DNA from: Hemiscyllium ocellatum
Lineage: Eukaryota
Assembly: GCF_020745735.1 (NCBI RefSeq)
Contig: NC_083404.1
Span: forward strand, 21,824,001-21,888,000
Length of the DNA: 64,000 nucleotides
Reading direction: 5' to 3'
The translations under genes were made by a program, and so were the position numbers. Positions 24,548 through 37,527 of this stretch are shown here, piece after piece (position 1 is the stretch's first letter; each line of letters opens with the position of its first letter). The notes beneath the pieces are model-generated. The model made no database searches. It was not told where the DNA came from and saw only the letters and a program-made list of their open reading frames with translations.

Positions 24548-27500
24548 TAGAACATAAAACATAGAACATAGAACAATACAGTGCAGAACAGGTCCTTCAG
24601 CCCTTGAAGTTGCGCTGACCTGTGAACTATTCTCAGCTCGTCCCCCTACACTATCCCAAAATCATCCATGTACTTATCTAAGGATTGTTTAAATCTCCCT
24701 AATGTGGCTGAGTTGCTTACATTAGCAGGTAGTGTATTTCACACTCTTACCACTCTCTGCGTAAAGAACCTGCCTCTGACATCTGTCTTAAATCTATCAC
24801 TCCTCAATTTGTAGTTATGCTCTCTCATACACGCTGGCGTCATCATCCTAGGAAAAAGACTTTCACTGTCTACCCTATCTAATCCTCTGATCACCTTGTA
24901 TGTCTCTATCAAATCCCCTCTTAGCCTTCTTCTTGCCAATGAGAACAGGTTAAAGCCTCTCAGCCTTTCCTCATAAGACATTCCCTCCAGACCAGGCAAC
25001 ATTCTGGTAAATCTCCTCTGCGTCTTTTCTAATGCTTCCACATCCTTTCCGAAATATGGGGACCAGAACTGTATACAATATTCCAAGTGTGGCATCACCT
25101 GTATTTTGTATAGTCGCAGCATGATATTGAGGCTCCGGAACTCAATCCCTCTACGAATGAAACCTAACACACTGTATGCCTTCTTAACAGCACTATCCAC
25201 TTGGATGGCAACTTTCAGGGATCTATGTACATGGACTCCAAGATCCCTCTGCACGTCTACACTACCAAGAATCTTTCCATCAACCCAGTACTCTGCCTTC
25301 CTCTTATTCTTCCCAAAGTGCATCACCTCACATTTAGCTGCATTGAACTCCATTTGCCATGTCTCAGCCCAATTCTGCAGTTTATCCAAGTCCCCCCGCA
25401 ACCTGTAACATTCTTCCAAACTGTCCACTACTCCACCGACTTTAGTGTTGTCTGCAAATTTACTAATCCATCCATCTATGCCTGCATCTAAATCATTTAT
25501 AAAAATGACAAACAGCAGTGGTCCTAAAACAGATCCTTGTGGCACACCACTAGGAACTGGACTCCAGGCTGAATATTTTCCATCAACCACCACTTGCTGC
25601 CTTCTTTCAGAAAGCCAGTTTCTAATCCAAACTGCTAAATCACCCTCAATTCCATGTCTCTGCATTTTCTCCAACAGCCTACCATGTGGAACCTTATCAA
25701 AGGCTTTACGGAAATTCATGTATACCATGTCAATTGCCTTACTCTCATCCACATGCTTGGTCACCTTCTCAAAAAATTCAACGAGGTTTGTGAGACATGA
25801 CCTGCCCTTGACGAAGCCATGTTGACTATCTGAAATCAAACTGTTGTTTGCTAGATGATTATAAATCTTATCTCTTATAATTCTTTCCAAAACCTTTCCT
25901 ACAAAGAAGTAAGGCTCACTGGTCTATAATTACCTGGGTCATCTCTGCTGCCCTTCTTGAACAAGGGCACAACATTTGCAATCCTCCAGTCTTCTGGTAC
26001 TAAACCTGTAGACAATGATGACTCAAATATCAAAACCAAAGACTCTGCTATCTCCTTCCTAGCTTCCCAGAGAATCCTCGGATAAATCCCATCTGGCCCA
26101 GGGGACTTGTCTACTTTCATTCCTTCTAGAATTGATAACACCTGTTTGTAACTAACCTTGATCCTTTCTGGTCTAATATCTCGTACCTCATTCTTCTCCT
26201 CTACAATATTCTCACTTTTCCTGAGTGAAAACCGGTGAGAAATGTTCATTTAGCACCTCTCCGATCTCTACACTCAACTTCCCATTTCTGTCTTTGATTG
26301 GCCCTATTCCTATCCTAATCATCCTTTTATTCCTCACATATCTATAGAAAGCTTTAGGGTTCTCCTATATTCTATTTGTTAAAGACTGCTCGTGTCCTCT
26401 CTTTGCTCTTCTTAACTTTCTCTTTAAATCCTTCCTAGCTGATCTGTAACACTCCATCGTCTCATCTGAACCATCTTGCCTCATCAACACATAAGCTTCC
26501 TTCTTCTTCGTTGCAAAGATGTAGTTTCTGTTGTAACCACGGTTCCCTTACCTTATCACTTCCTCCCTGCCAGACAGGGACATCCTGCAAGGACACACTA
26601 TCTGTTCCTTAAACCAGCTCCACGTTTCCATTGTCTGCATCCCCTGCATTTTGCTACATGATTCTATGCATTCTAATTCTTGCCTAATCACATTATAATT
26701 GCCTGTGTTCCATTGATAACTCTTGACCCTTGGCATGTACCTATCCCTTTCCATTGCTAAACTAAACGTAACTGAATTATGGTCGCTCTCTCCAAAGTGC
26801 TCACCCACAACCAAATCAAACATCTGGCCTGGTTCATTACCAAGCACCAGATCCAGTGTGGCCTCCCCTCTTGTCGGCCCTTTGAGATATTGTGTCAGAA
26901 AACCGTCCTGTACACATTGGACAAAAACTGATCCATCGGATGTACTGGAGTTATAGCATTTCCAGTCAATGTTGGGGAAGTTAAAGTCCCCCATAATGAC
27001 CATCTTGTTCCTTTCACTCCTACCCAGAATAATTTTGCTAATCCTCTCTTCCACCTCCCTGGAACTCTGCAGAACTCTCCCTGAAACTCTCCAAGCAGTG
27101 TGACCTCTCCTCTCCTCTCTTCTAACTTCAGCCCACACTACCTCAGTGGACAAGTCCTCATCAAACGTTCTCTCACCGTTATGCTATCCTTGATTAACAA
27201 GGTCCGCCTCCCTCACTTTTACTGCCTTGTCTGTTCTTAATGAAAGATCTAAACCCTGGAACCTGCAACATCCATTCCTCACCCTGCTCTATCTATGTCT
27301 CCGAAATGGCCACAACATCGAAGTCCCAGGTACCTATTCATGCTGCAAGCTCACCTACCTTATTTCGGATACTTCTGGCTTTGAAGTAGACACACTTCAA
27401 ACCACTTCACTGTCTGCCAGCACATTCCTGTGACCCTGAAATCTTGTCCCTGTCCCTCCTGCTCTCTCCTCCTGTGCACTGCAACTACACCTCTGGTTCC

Positions 27501-28070
27501 CATCCCCCTGCTGAGTTAGATTAAATTCAACCGAATAGCACTAGCAAATTTCCCACCCAGGACGTTAGTACCCCTCTGTCTGCAAGTGAAGACTGTCCTG
27601 TTTGTACAAGTCCCACCTTCCCCAGAATGAGCCCCAATTATCCAAGTACCTGAAACCCTCCCTCTTGCACCATCCTTGCGGCCACGTGTTCAGCTGCTAT
27701 CTCTCCCTATTCCTTGCTTCGCTATCATGTGGCACGGGTAACAAACTAGAGATAACAACTCTGTTTGTTCTATCTCTCAGCTTCCACCCTAGCTCCCTGA
27801 AATCCTGCCTTACATCCCTATCCCTCTTTCTACTTTTTTCATTGGTAGCTACATGGACAACGACTTGAGGCTGGTCATCCTCTCCCTTCAGGACCCCAAA
27901 GATACAATCTGAGATATCATGGACTCTGGCACTTGGAAGGCAACACACCAACCGTGAGTCTCGTTCACTCCCAACAAACCTTCTATCTGAACCTCTAACT
28001 ATTGAGTCCTCAATGACTAACACTCTCCTCCTTTCCCTCCTTCCCTTCTGCACAACAGGGACAGGCTCTG
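24548..28070 (-). mobile_element. Long CR1 LINE: ORF1 SGNH-esterase end plus frameshifted ORF2 (APE endonuclease + RT)
   Basis: 27697-28053 VLVIEDSIVRG..VVHVATNE (GDS/GTND-like); 26548-27153 MGDFNFPNIDW..LDLVL..SDHN; 25899-26249 KSPGPDG; 24739-25890 383-aa RT with FADD decayed to FADN; (ctatgtt)n tail at 24548-24577. Confidence 0.95.
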
Positions 28071-28377
28071 TTCATTTGCAGTTCTCTCACACTGCTTTTT
28101 GAATTCAGTTCTACCATCCATGTTTAACTCACGAGTACAGTGACTTCTGGAATGAAGTGGTCCTTTTGATACAAACTATGAGCATCGAAGATTGGATTAT
28201 TGGGTCAGTAGATTCCCTTTGATAACACTTTTGATAATATCTTCCATTGATGTATTGATGCTTCAGAGTAATATTTGACTAGTTAGATTTGTTCTTTTTT
28301 GATGGACAGTACATAAACAGGCATTTTTTTCTGTAAATATCAGATTTCTAACTTTGCCAAAGCAGCTTTATTAGAAG

Positions 28378-28497
28378 TCTAAAAAGAGAAAATGCTGGAA
28401 AATCTCAGCAAGTCTGGCAGCATCTGTAAGGAGAGAAAAAAGCTGACATTTCGAGTCTAACTGATCCTTTGTCAAAGCTCCGCAGTAATTTGCTTTT
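28378..28497 (-). mobile_element. Mini Penelope pLTR (family C2), inverted pair, variant hammerhead
   Basis: Minus arm 28378-28480, plus-strand 3' stub gcagtaatttgctttt; 14-bp TSD agctt(t/a)attagaag at 28364-28377 and 28498-28511. Confidence 0.85.
28440..28480 (-). ncRNA. Minimal hammerhead with UUGACAA (U3-A8) core
   Basis: Reverse strand GAGCT-TTGACAA-A-GGATC agtta GACTC-GAAA-TG-TC-AGCTT; helix I intact; one helix II mismatch and CpG decay in helix III. Confidence 0.65.
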
Positions 28498-28877
28498 AGC
28501 TTAATTAGAAGCATGACTAGTTGTGGATCAGAAACTGAATCTTGACAGCTTAGTGTTTTCTGTCACAGATTCACAGTGATATGAAATGCAAGTTAATTTA
28601 GCAGTAGCAGTTACTCTCCTCGTCAAACTGTGTAAGTAGAATTGGACAGTTACGTGCACCATGTATGAGAAGCAAATGACACCCATTGGTGGAATTGGAT
28701 AATTTCTGTGCTAAAATGTTCAATATGCAACCATGCATAATATTTATTCAAGGATAATTGATAGCTGTAATCCTATGACTCATCAACATTCGAGAAATAA
28801 ATTTATTGTGTTACAAAAAAAGGATTTTGAAGATTAATCTTCCTCTGAAATCAACATCAGACACACCTCCCTAAGTG

Positions 28878-28980
28878 ACAAAAAGAAACAGAAATTGCTA
28901 GAAAAGCTTAGCAGGTCTGACAGCATCCATGGAGAGAAATCAGAGTTAACATTTTGGATCCAGTGACCCTTCCTCAGAGT
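28878..28980 (-). mobile_element. Mini Penelope pLTR (family C)
   Basis: Reverse strand ctctgaggaagggtcactggatccaaaatgttaactctgatttctctcc; CTGAGGA core kept, GAAA decayed. Confidence 0.85.
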
Positions 28981-29279
28981 TGTTCATCCAAGTTCATTTC
29001 AGATCTGCATGTTATGAAGGCAACCTACAAAACAATTACATCCAATTACACCCAATTTTGCAACTACACTCAGAACAGATTTGATTGATAGTAGTCTTTG
29101 TTGCAATCATCTACTTGCTCCACTGTTGGCCATCTTTCTGGCTTGTTTTCCAAGTCTAGTCTAATTTTCTTTCTCTGGAAATTGCTGCCGTATTTTAAGA
29201 ATTTCATTGTTTAAAGGTTCCAAGGTCACTTTAATAGTCCTTGAGTGAAGTTGGAAGTGTCGGTGGCAAATAAATAGCA

Positions 29280-29870
29280 GTACAGTACCAGGTAGTAAGA
29301 GGTTAGGGAGATAGGTCATTTGTTAGGTGGGTAAGGTGCCAAATGGGTCAGGGATTAAAAGGGTGAGATGGTTAAGCTACCAGGTGAGTGAGGGACTAGG
29401 TTGATAGTTAAGTGTTAGAGGGGCTGGTGGGTTGGGTGTTAGGATACTGGGTCATTTGTCAGTTGGGTAAGGTACCAAGTGAATAAGGGATTAGGATGAC
29501 AAAGGGTGAGGGGAGTTGCCAGTTGGGTTGGGGGGAGACAGGGTGCCTGTTGAATGCTACCAGGTAGGTGAGGTGATCAGTAGCTGAGTCCAGTATTTAG
29601 ATGAATACTTAGGGTAGATCAGGTTGGGGGTAGGATAGCATCAGGTCCAATGGGTATCATATGGTTGAGATGTTTGGAGGATGGGGAGAGTGTCGAGTCG
29701 GGAGGCTATCAGGCCTGACAAAGCCAACTCAGCCTGGGGATGGAAGGCATGTCCAATAGGGCACAGGGTTGTGTTGAGTATGGGGATCAGATCACGTCAG
29801 GAGGCAGAGGTTTGTTTTCAAAGGGGTGTGGCTATTGTGGTCAATGGTGAGATGAGGGTTTAGTTTCATA
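29280..29870 (+). repeat. G-rich, C-poor low-complexity tract
   Basis: Dense ggg/gggt runs and an internal degenerate repeat (ggtcatttgt.ag.tgggtaaggt.ccaa.tg at about 29313 and 29450). Confidence 0.55.
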
Positions 29871-30286
29871 GGTTAGAGTATGATTTAAACTTAAGTGTGT
29901 TGGAACCTCTGGAAATCTCCAAATTTATTGAACTTTTCTTGGAGCATTTCAAAAGAGGGTAATTCTTAATTGGACTTCCCAGTATGACCAGAACTTTCAT
30001 TTTCAAAGATTACTAGTTTTGTTCTTGTCATTTCCCTCAGTGATATATTACATTTCTAATTTCCTTGGAGTCAGTTGCATCAGGATTTTCACAAGATCTC
30101 ATCATGCAATTCGAGTCACTGCTGCATTAATGGCGCTCTGGCCATCAAAAATTCTGTGCCATTCTAACAATTGTCGATAAAATCAAAACAGATTCTGGTG
30201 AGAATATTGAAGAGTAAAAGATCTAATATTGCAATTCAGATATTAGGAATCTGACAACAGGTCCATCACACACTTGATGAAAATAG

Positions 30287-30498
30287 TTTAAAAATCACAC
30301 ACCAGGTTATAGTCCAACAGGTTTAATTGGAAGCACACTAGCTTTCGGAGCGCCGCTCCTTCATCAGGTGATTGAGGAAGGGCTGCTCCGAAAGCTAGTG
30401 TGCTTCCAATTAAACCTGTTGGACTATAACCTGGTGTTGTGTGATTTTTAACTTTGTACACCCCAGTCCAACACCAGCATCTCCACATCATGACTGCT
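30287..30498. mobile_element. Mini Penelope pLTR (family B), near-perfect inverted pair
   Basis: Arms 30288-30351 and about 30384-30450 are almost perfect reverse complements; perfect 14-bp TSD cttgatgaaaatag at 30273-30286 and 30499-30512. Confidence 0.9.
30336..30370 (-). ncRNA. Minimal type I hammerhead ribozyme, intact core (family B)
   Basis: Reverse strand CAC-CTGATGA-A-GGAGC ggc GCTCC-GAAA-GC-TA-GTG; helix I CAC/GTG, 5-bp helix II, palindromic AGCT helix III, CUA triplet. Confidence 0.8.
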
Positions 30499-32679
30499 CT
30501 TGATGAAAATAGAAGACATTGTATGAATAACATTCAAACGCATCACTGAAATCACTGAAAGCATCTGGTGAAGCTTGCTTATGGCATTTAGACTCTAATG
30601 TGATGAAGTTGGACTCAAGGTCACTTGATTACTTTTTGAGCATTCGAATAGATTCTCCACTGATGTCGACATAATGAGCAAAGTTATCAAAGTACATGGT
30701 TTAATTAAGTCAACTTGGGGAATTTTGTGAACCCGGCAACCTGTGATATAAAATTCTGCACCTTCATTGACACAAGATGGCCGCAACAGTTTAACTAAAT
30801 ATATGAAATGCGGATTAAAATCGAATATGAAACATTACTACAAACACGCACAGTGGCAACAGATATAATAATGCGTTGCACTCCTTCAGGGCACTGCACA
30901 GATAATTTATTCAAACATGATCCATGATTGCCACTTCTCAAGCTGTGCAGAATCTTGTTAGCCTCATGCACCTATTGAAAAGGAAAAAGGAGCTGTCATT
31001 TGTTAATTTCTTGTAGTGGAAGTGCATCAAAGTATGCGATATTTAGATGAACAGTTGACTGTGTTACGAGATAATAATGCAGTTCAGATTTTTGAAGTTG
31101 CCATAAAGCAGAGGGTCAAAACCTACCAGTTTATAGAATCTTTAATTTAATTTTGCATTGCATTTTGACATTCAAGGTCACTCGTGTGTTATACTTCCCA
31201 CAACTGATCTTGTCCTTTGCAATGTTTAATTACTGCCATTTAAAGTTCATATTTGTTATTTATATTCTGATCTTGCCAAAGTTCTATCAATCTCGTGCTT
31301 ATTTTCTATAACTGCTAAATATAATAGAGCAGCTGTGGATGTTACAGTCTATTAAAAAATAAAAATGCACGCATATCATTTTGTCCTCAGGGAATTTATT
31401 GATTGGAGACACCTATATTCAGCAGTCATGAAGAAAAATCTAGATGTTTGGACAAATGAGAGACCCATTGACAATTTTACAAGTTAAAACTTCTTCTAAA
31501 AAATTATGTTACATTACTGTTCCATAAAAGATAGAAAAACAATGTTCTATAGTACAATGAATAATGATTATGAGGAAAACTGCTGGCTTCTTTCCAGTAT
31601 TAGTAATGTTCTTTTGACAGGGTCCCAGAGGGAACAATAAAATTATAATATAACTGTTCTAAGTATGTCTGCTCTACTGGAGCAGGGTTTAGTATTATTA
31701 ATGGACTTTGGCAACATTTCCATTATGAGCTGAATTTTCTAAATTACTTTTCTGTTGTATAATTTATCAGTGCTTAGATTTTGATATTTTAGCCATGTGA
31801 AGTCTTTGAAGTATTTAATTTGGCATCATACTGTGTTTTTTTTTACCTACTTCGATTCAACAGAGATTAAATAATTTTCAAGCAAACCAACCAGGTCCAA
31901 AAAAATGATAGTCAGAAATGGAATGATCAGAATCTTCAAGAATTCCAACATAATAAAAAGATATGTAACATTTTTCCATCGTCTATCTGCATTGTGGTCA
32001 AATTATACCTTGGTCCTCTAGAAAATGCAAAGTTGCTTCAGGCTTTTTAGACGAATCACAATTTTCTTTTGATTTCATTCCTCGGAGGCTCTTTGGGAAA
32101 ATTTAGAATATTGATGGCAATATCAAATTATTGACTCAGGTTGAAATGAATTTCAAAAGTATTTTTAGATCGTAGCCGATTACTACAGAACCATAAGCAT
32201 CAAGTTAATGAAATAATTGGATAGAGATTGTTTCATTTTCCTCGACAGATGGCTTTAACTCTTTTGGCTTGCTGGAAACTGAATGGGCAACTAATATTTT
32301 ATCACTTCCCTGCTGTAAGCTTGCTGCTTTCCCACATATTATAAATCCTGCTCTTATGAGGTCAGGGATACTCCCCTAAAGGCTGAGATAGTTTCCCTCC
32401 AATCTACACATCAGGATTAAAAGATAGAAAAGTAAGTGATTTTTTAAAGGGTTATTTTAATTGGTTTTTGTGTGGAGCAACAGGAAGAATATTGCATCAT
32501 GTGATGACCCACAATACCTTTGACTTCCCTTAGCTTTCCATCCAATTTTCACTCTCCTGCCCTGGTAGCAATACCTTCTTGATCATGAATCCCCAGCGTT
32601 CTGTCCATTTTGCAACCATTTAATCCAGTGCCATACACATTTTATTTCTGTGCCCCCGAGCGATCCTTCTGAGCAACAG

Positions 32680-32815
32680 GTCTAAGGAAGGATCACTTGA
32701 CCTGAAACAGTAACTCTGATTTCTCTCCACAGATGCTGCTAGGCCTGCTGAGTTTTTCCAGCAATTTCTGGTTTTGTTTTTTTTATTCCCAGCATGTGCA
32801 GTTCTTACTGGTTTC
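32680..32815 (+). mobile_element. Mini Penelope pLTR (family C)
   Basis: tctaaggaaggatcacttgacctgaaac..taactctgatttctctccacagatgctgc...; starts at the decayed hammerhead. Confidence 0.85.
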
Positions 32816-32871
32816 ATTTAATAAAACATTTTCAATTGTCAGATCTTGCAGTGTTCAAATTGCTGTTACTT

Positions 32872-33210
32872 TTTTATTAATTCACAGGATGAATGAGTCA
32901 ATGGCTGGTCAGCGTTCATCGTCCATCCCAAATTGCTCAGAGGGCAGTTCAGAATCAATCACATTGCTGTGGGTCTGGAGTCACATGTAGGTCTGAATAG
33001 GGGAGGACCGCAGTTTCTGTCTCTGAAAAGGGGATAGTGAACTAGATGTTTTTTTTTCCTGACAATAACAGTTTCACAGTCATCATTAACTCAATTTCAG
33101 ATTTTTGTTGAATTCAAATTCCACAATGGTAAGATTTGAACCTGGATCCCTAGAACGTTCCCTGGATCTTTGGATTAATAGGCTTGAAAGTAATGTCATT
33201 TGGGCATCTC
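32872..33210 (-). mobile_element. Second tRNA-derived SINE family, near full length
   Basis: Reverse strand: tRNA-like head, body tgtgactccagacccacagcaatgtg.ttga..ct.aactgccctctg, tail gcaatt.gggatgg shared with the family-2 LINE. Confidence 0.75.
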
Positions 33211-33631
33211 CTTCCATACTGTGCTAAGATGCATTGCATAAGAACACTTATAAATTTCTTTGGATTGCCTGTTCAATGCTACATCCCTTTAGGCAACAAT
33301 TCGGATTTTGATAAGCCATGAGTGAGACTTAATTCAGAACACAATGTTTGAACCAAAATTTATAAAGAACAATTGAGAATGATAATAAACATTATTGCCC
33401 TTTGAGTATAAGTGGAACCCATTGCTCACTTCACACATACATGGACACGTATTCGAAGTGATGCCCTTACTGATCTTTAAGCACTGAGCAAGGTCCAAAT
33501 AACCTGGGATATACCCTGAAAGGCAGAACTACAAGAGAAAACCCATCCAATCATATATCCTCCATACCACCATAGCAAGATCTATGGCTACAACAGCTCA
33601 TGGGGCTCCCTCTTCTGCTTTTTTAAAATCT

Positions 33632-33840
33632 ATGATGTGGAGGTGCCGGTGTTGGAATGGGATGAACAAGATCAGAAATCATATGGCACCTGTTTATAAT
33701 CCAACAGGTTTATTTAAAATCACAAGCTTTCAGAGCACTGCTCCTTTGTTGGGTGAAGTCAAGCGAACGCTGCTCCAAAAGCTCGTGATTTCAAATAAAC
33801 CCATTGGACCATAACCTGCTTTTACGTGATTTCTGATCTT
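33632..33840. mobile_element. Mini Penelope pLTR (family B), inverted pair, decayed
   Basis: Minus arm atgatgtggaggtgccggtgttgg...agctttcagagc; plus arm gctccaaaagctcgtgatttcaaataaacc; flanks ttttaaa(a/g)tcta repeat. Confidence 0.85.
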
Positions 33841-34597
33841 TTTAAAGTCTAATTTAATGGGCATTCATGAAGTTCTAATAGGAATAAGGCAAAGTTATTC
33901 AAACCATAAACTGGAAATTTTAGCATGAAACTAGATTCTGGCAAAGCTTCAGATGATGAATTAGTGAAAAGTATTTAATTTGTTACGTTTTGATGGCTCA
34001 CATATATTCTATTCTTGCACAGGTAAGAAGTTGATTAAATTAAATGAGTGAGACAATCAGAATCTTCCAAGTTCTTACTCTTGGACTAGGTCACAACACC
34101 AGGACAATTCAGTCATTGGTGTGAGTTAGTCGCAAAAGGGTACTTTCTTGATATGTTATCAACTTAGACATTACCTAATCATGGCATCAAAAAATCCAAT
34201 TATATATTACAACCAACTATAATGTACAAATAATACATTTCTAAAGTGCATAAGAATCTGGATAAATATTAAGCTGTTAGTAGAGTGGAACGCTTCCAGT
34301 AAAATATCATGTTTCAAATGCTGTGGGTAAGATGGAGTTGAGATCTTTTGTCACACGTTATGAAATAGTGATCTATCATAAGCATGTCTCTAAAATCTAT
34401 GCAGTTAATCAGAAGTCTCTCTTCACTGTGCACGTAATGTGAAGAGAACTGAAACCACATGTTTCTCAGGTTGCATAAATAACATGGCGAACATTTCATT
34501 GCAAGCACTTTATTTCATAAATTTGTTGCTATCTATGTAAGTTACACAGGTTACGTACCCTTAGCTTCAAGCCATCTTTGAAAAATGTCTAAGCAAT

Positions 34598-35085
34598 AAA
34601 ACAGATCCTTCGGTCCAACCAGTCCACGTCGATCATAACCTCAAATTAAGCTAATCCCACCTTCTTGCATTTGGCCCACATCCCTCCAAATCTTTCTTAT
34701 TCATGTACTTGCCTAAATGTCTATTAAACATTGTAACCATACCCGCACCCACCACTTCTTCTGGAAGTCCATTCCACACATAAACCACTGTGTGTTAAAA
34801 AGAGTTGCCCCTGTGTCTTTTTCAAATCTTTTTACTCTGACCTGAAAAATATGCCTCCCAGTCTTGAAGTCCTCCACCCAGTGGAAAAGATACTTGCCAT
34901 TAACCTTATCTATACCCCTCGTGATTTTATAAATCTCTTTACAGTCACCCCTCAACCTCCTAAACTCCAGTGAAAAAGTCTCAGCTTATCCAGCCTCTCC
35001 TTATATCTCAACCTTCCATTCTCAGCAACATCCTGGGAAATCTTTTGTGAATCCTTTCCAATTTAATAATATCCTTTTTACAACA
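34598..35085 (-). mobile_element. CR1 3' fragment
   Basis: ORF 34713-34955 MRGDCKEIYKITRGIDKV. Confidence 0.85.
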
Positions 35086-35561
35086 AAAAATGCAGTGAAG
35101 TCATTGTGCTTCTGCTTAAAAATCTAAGGAAATATTTTGTTTAATCACACAATTTCCTTCTGACAGTGGAGAAGGTTAAAATTTAATAATAGCCCATACA
35201 TACATTTATATTCAGCAATATAAAGTTGCTGCTTGTTGAATTTAAAAAGAAACTGGAAATGCTTAACTTATAAGTTTATAAGGTGTTGTCATACACAATT
35301 GTTTCATGTGAAACGTTTTAATAGACATTCAATTGAAAAAAAAACCAAACCCAATTTTCCTTTTACCCCAAATATTAGCATCTTTCAAACCTTGTTCATT
35401 TTCAACTCTTACAGAATGAAAATCTATTATATCAGTAGAAGTCATTAATAACATTATAAATAGCTATTAAATAGTCACAACAGGAAAGACAATACACTGT
35501 CTTTTAGATTAAGCTACAATTATTTCTAGGTTTCTTTGCATATTTTAAAAGAGATTGCTGG

Positions 35562-35685
35562 GCTCTTCTGGTGCTATGGTCGGGTCCCTACCTCAAAGAC
35601 CTACCTCCCTACCTCAAAGACTTGGGCTCAACTCCTACCCGCTCAGTGATGTGTAATAATATCTCTGACCAAGTCAATTAGAAAT
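35562..35685 (+). mobile_element. Short tRNA-like SINE remnant with internal 15-bp duplication
   Basis: A/B-box-like tggtgctatggt and ggctcaactcc; ccctacctcaaagac occurs twice. Confidence 0.4.
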
Positions 35686-37527
35686 GACCTAAAAGAGACT
35701 GCCAAACCCAAGATTTTTCAGTGCAACCCAAATATTTCAGAAAGCAAAATCACTATTAATGTCTCAAAAGTCAAAGTCAAGTCATGAAGTATTTTTAGAA
35801 AAAACAAATCTGTTAATTTCCAGTGTAATTATCTCATGCTTGGATTTGGGAATCCCCATATACTTTGAAGTAATGACTACCATTTCACTTTGGCCTCAAT
35901 TTAATACATTTGTCAGCTTCAATACCTCCAACTTATATTTTGAACATCTTTTATGAAATAAAAAGATCACATAATTAAAGCACTATGTCTTCACAGAAAT
36001 CAATGCAACTTTTTTCTTTCTTCAGCTGTTATTCTAGATGACTGTAATAGAACTGACACAAGGAGAAGCTGCCATAATTAAACAAAACTTTTCTTAAGTT
36101 TGAGGGGAAAATAAAGAGCTTCTCATTGCATTTGAGCTCAGAAACATGCATACAGGATTCCAAAAAGCCATCAGTCGAAAATATATGAACTACTGCAACT
36201 TGTGACAATAGAAAGGATACATCACAGACTGATTTAATGTTTTTCCTCTTAAGACAATTCATAATTTTTGACATAAATTGTTTTGTCAATTATAGCCAAG
36301 ATGTACTAATTACTCACCCATATCCTATTAAGCAGACCAATGGAAGTTGATCTGAAAATGTATCTTCAGGATACGGATATGAGGATATATTAAGAAGACA
36401 TTTTAACTCTGCGACCAAAGAAATAATGTGCTCAAAGGAGACAATCATTAATAATGACATTCACAATCTGATTCTGCTGCACTAGCGTTTAAATCTAGCT
36501 GTCACCTTTCTGGGGTTTGCTATTACTGTGGATTCAATGAACCATCTCATTAGAAAATGAATGTAGGATCAAACATTTACCCCGTTTAAGTAACTTATCC
36601 CAGATCAGAAAAACTGTAGTTTCTCCTAAGGGCATTTGAAAGCAAGGTGTCCTTACCTTTTATAGCTAAGTGGACAGATTTAATCCAATCAATCAAATCC
36701 AGCACATCTATACAATTTGATGGGATTGACAATTGATTATTTTGATTAGCAGCTGTGCACAAGATCTAAAGTATACAAGTGCATAGATGTCAGGGATTCG
36801 TAGAGTTTGAAGAAATAAGGAGACACTTGATTGGGAGCAAATGCGGTTCAATGAGAATGAAGTGACAAAGGGTAATAATTTTAAAATTAGCTTTTTGAGA
36901 GGTGCATCAAGTTTGGCTTTGAATTTTCTTTGAATGCATATGAAACACATTGCAGAACGTTTACAAACAAGAAATGGGGAAATTGGCTGGACCGTGAAAT
37001 TATTATGCCCTTTGTGAATTATCTTTTGTGAACCTAACTGGAAAGATGGTAGAAACAAATTGAGTAGAAACTTTCAAAAGACATTTTGGCACGTACCTGG
37101 ATATATATGGAGAGAATGCAGTTATGGGATGACAGGATTGTTTTCCAAAAGAAGAAAAGCCATAGGCCAAAAGGCTTTTATCTGTATAGCAAAATTCTAT
37201 GATTTTACACCACACTCAAGCAACATGGATTTAATTTATAAACTGGTTTTCCCAAGAAGTGCAGCATCATTCACACGTGGGTGTGGGGGTGGGTGGAGAG
37301 GATGGCATAGCCAAAGCTGTCACATTGATTAGAAACATTAATTTCCAATGTAAAATGTGTCTGCTGAATTAGAAATGGAGGTTAAAGAGATGGCAGACAA
37401 CTTGAACAGATATTTTGTGTCAACTTGCTCTAGAAAGGGTATAAGTAGCACCCTGAAAATAGCGGTAAATCAGGAATTGAAAGGAAAGAGGGGAAACTCA
37501 GGAAAATTACACTCACCAGGAAAACAG

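Noticed and set aside
32249-32430. Plus-strand exon candidate (tttcctcgacag...gtaagt)
   Set aside because: The two longer reading frames both hit stops before the donor, and no supporting neighbouring exons were found.
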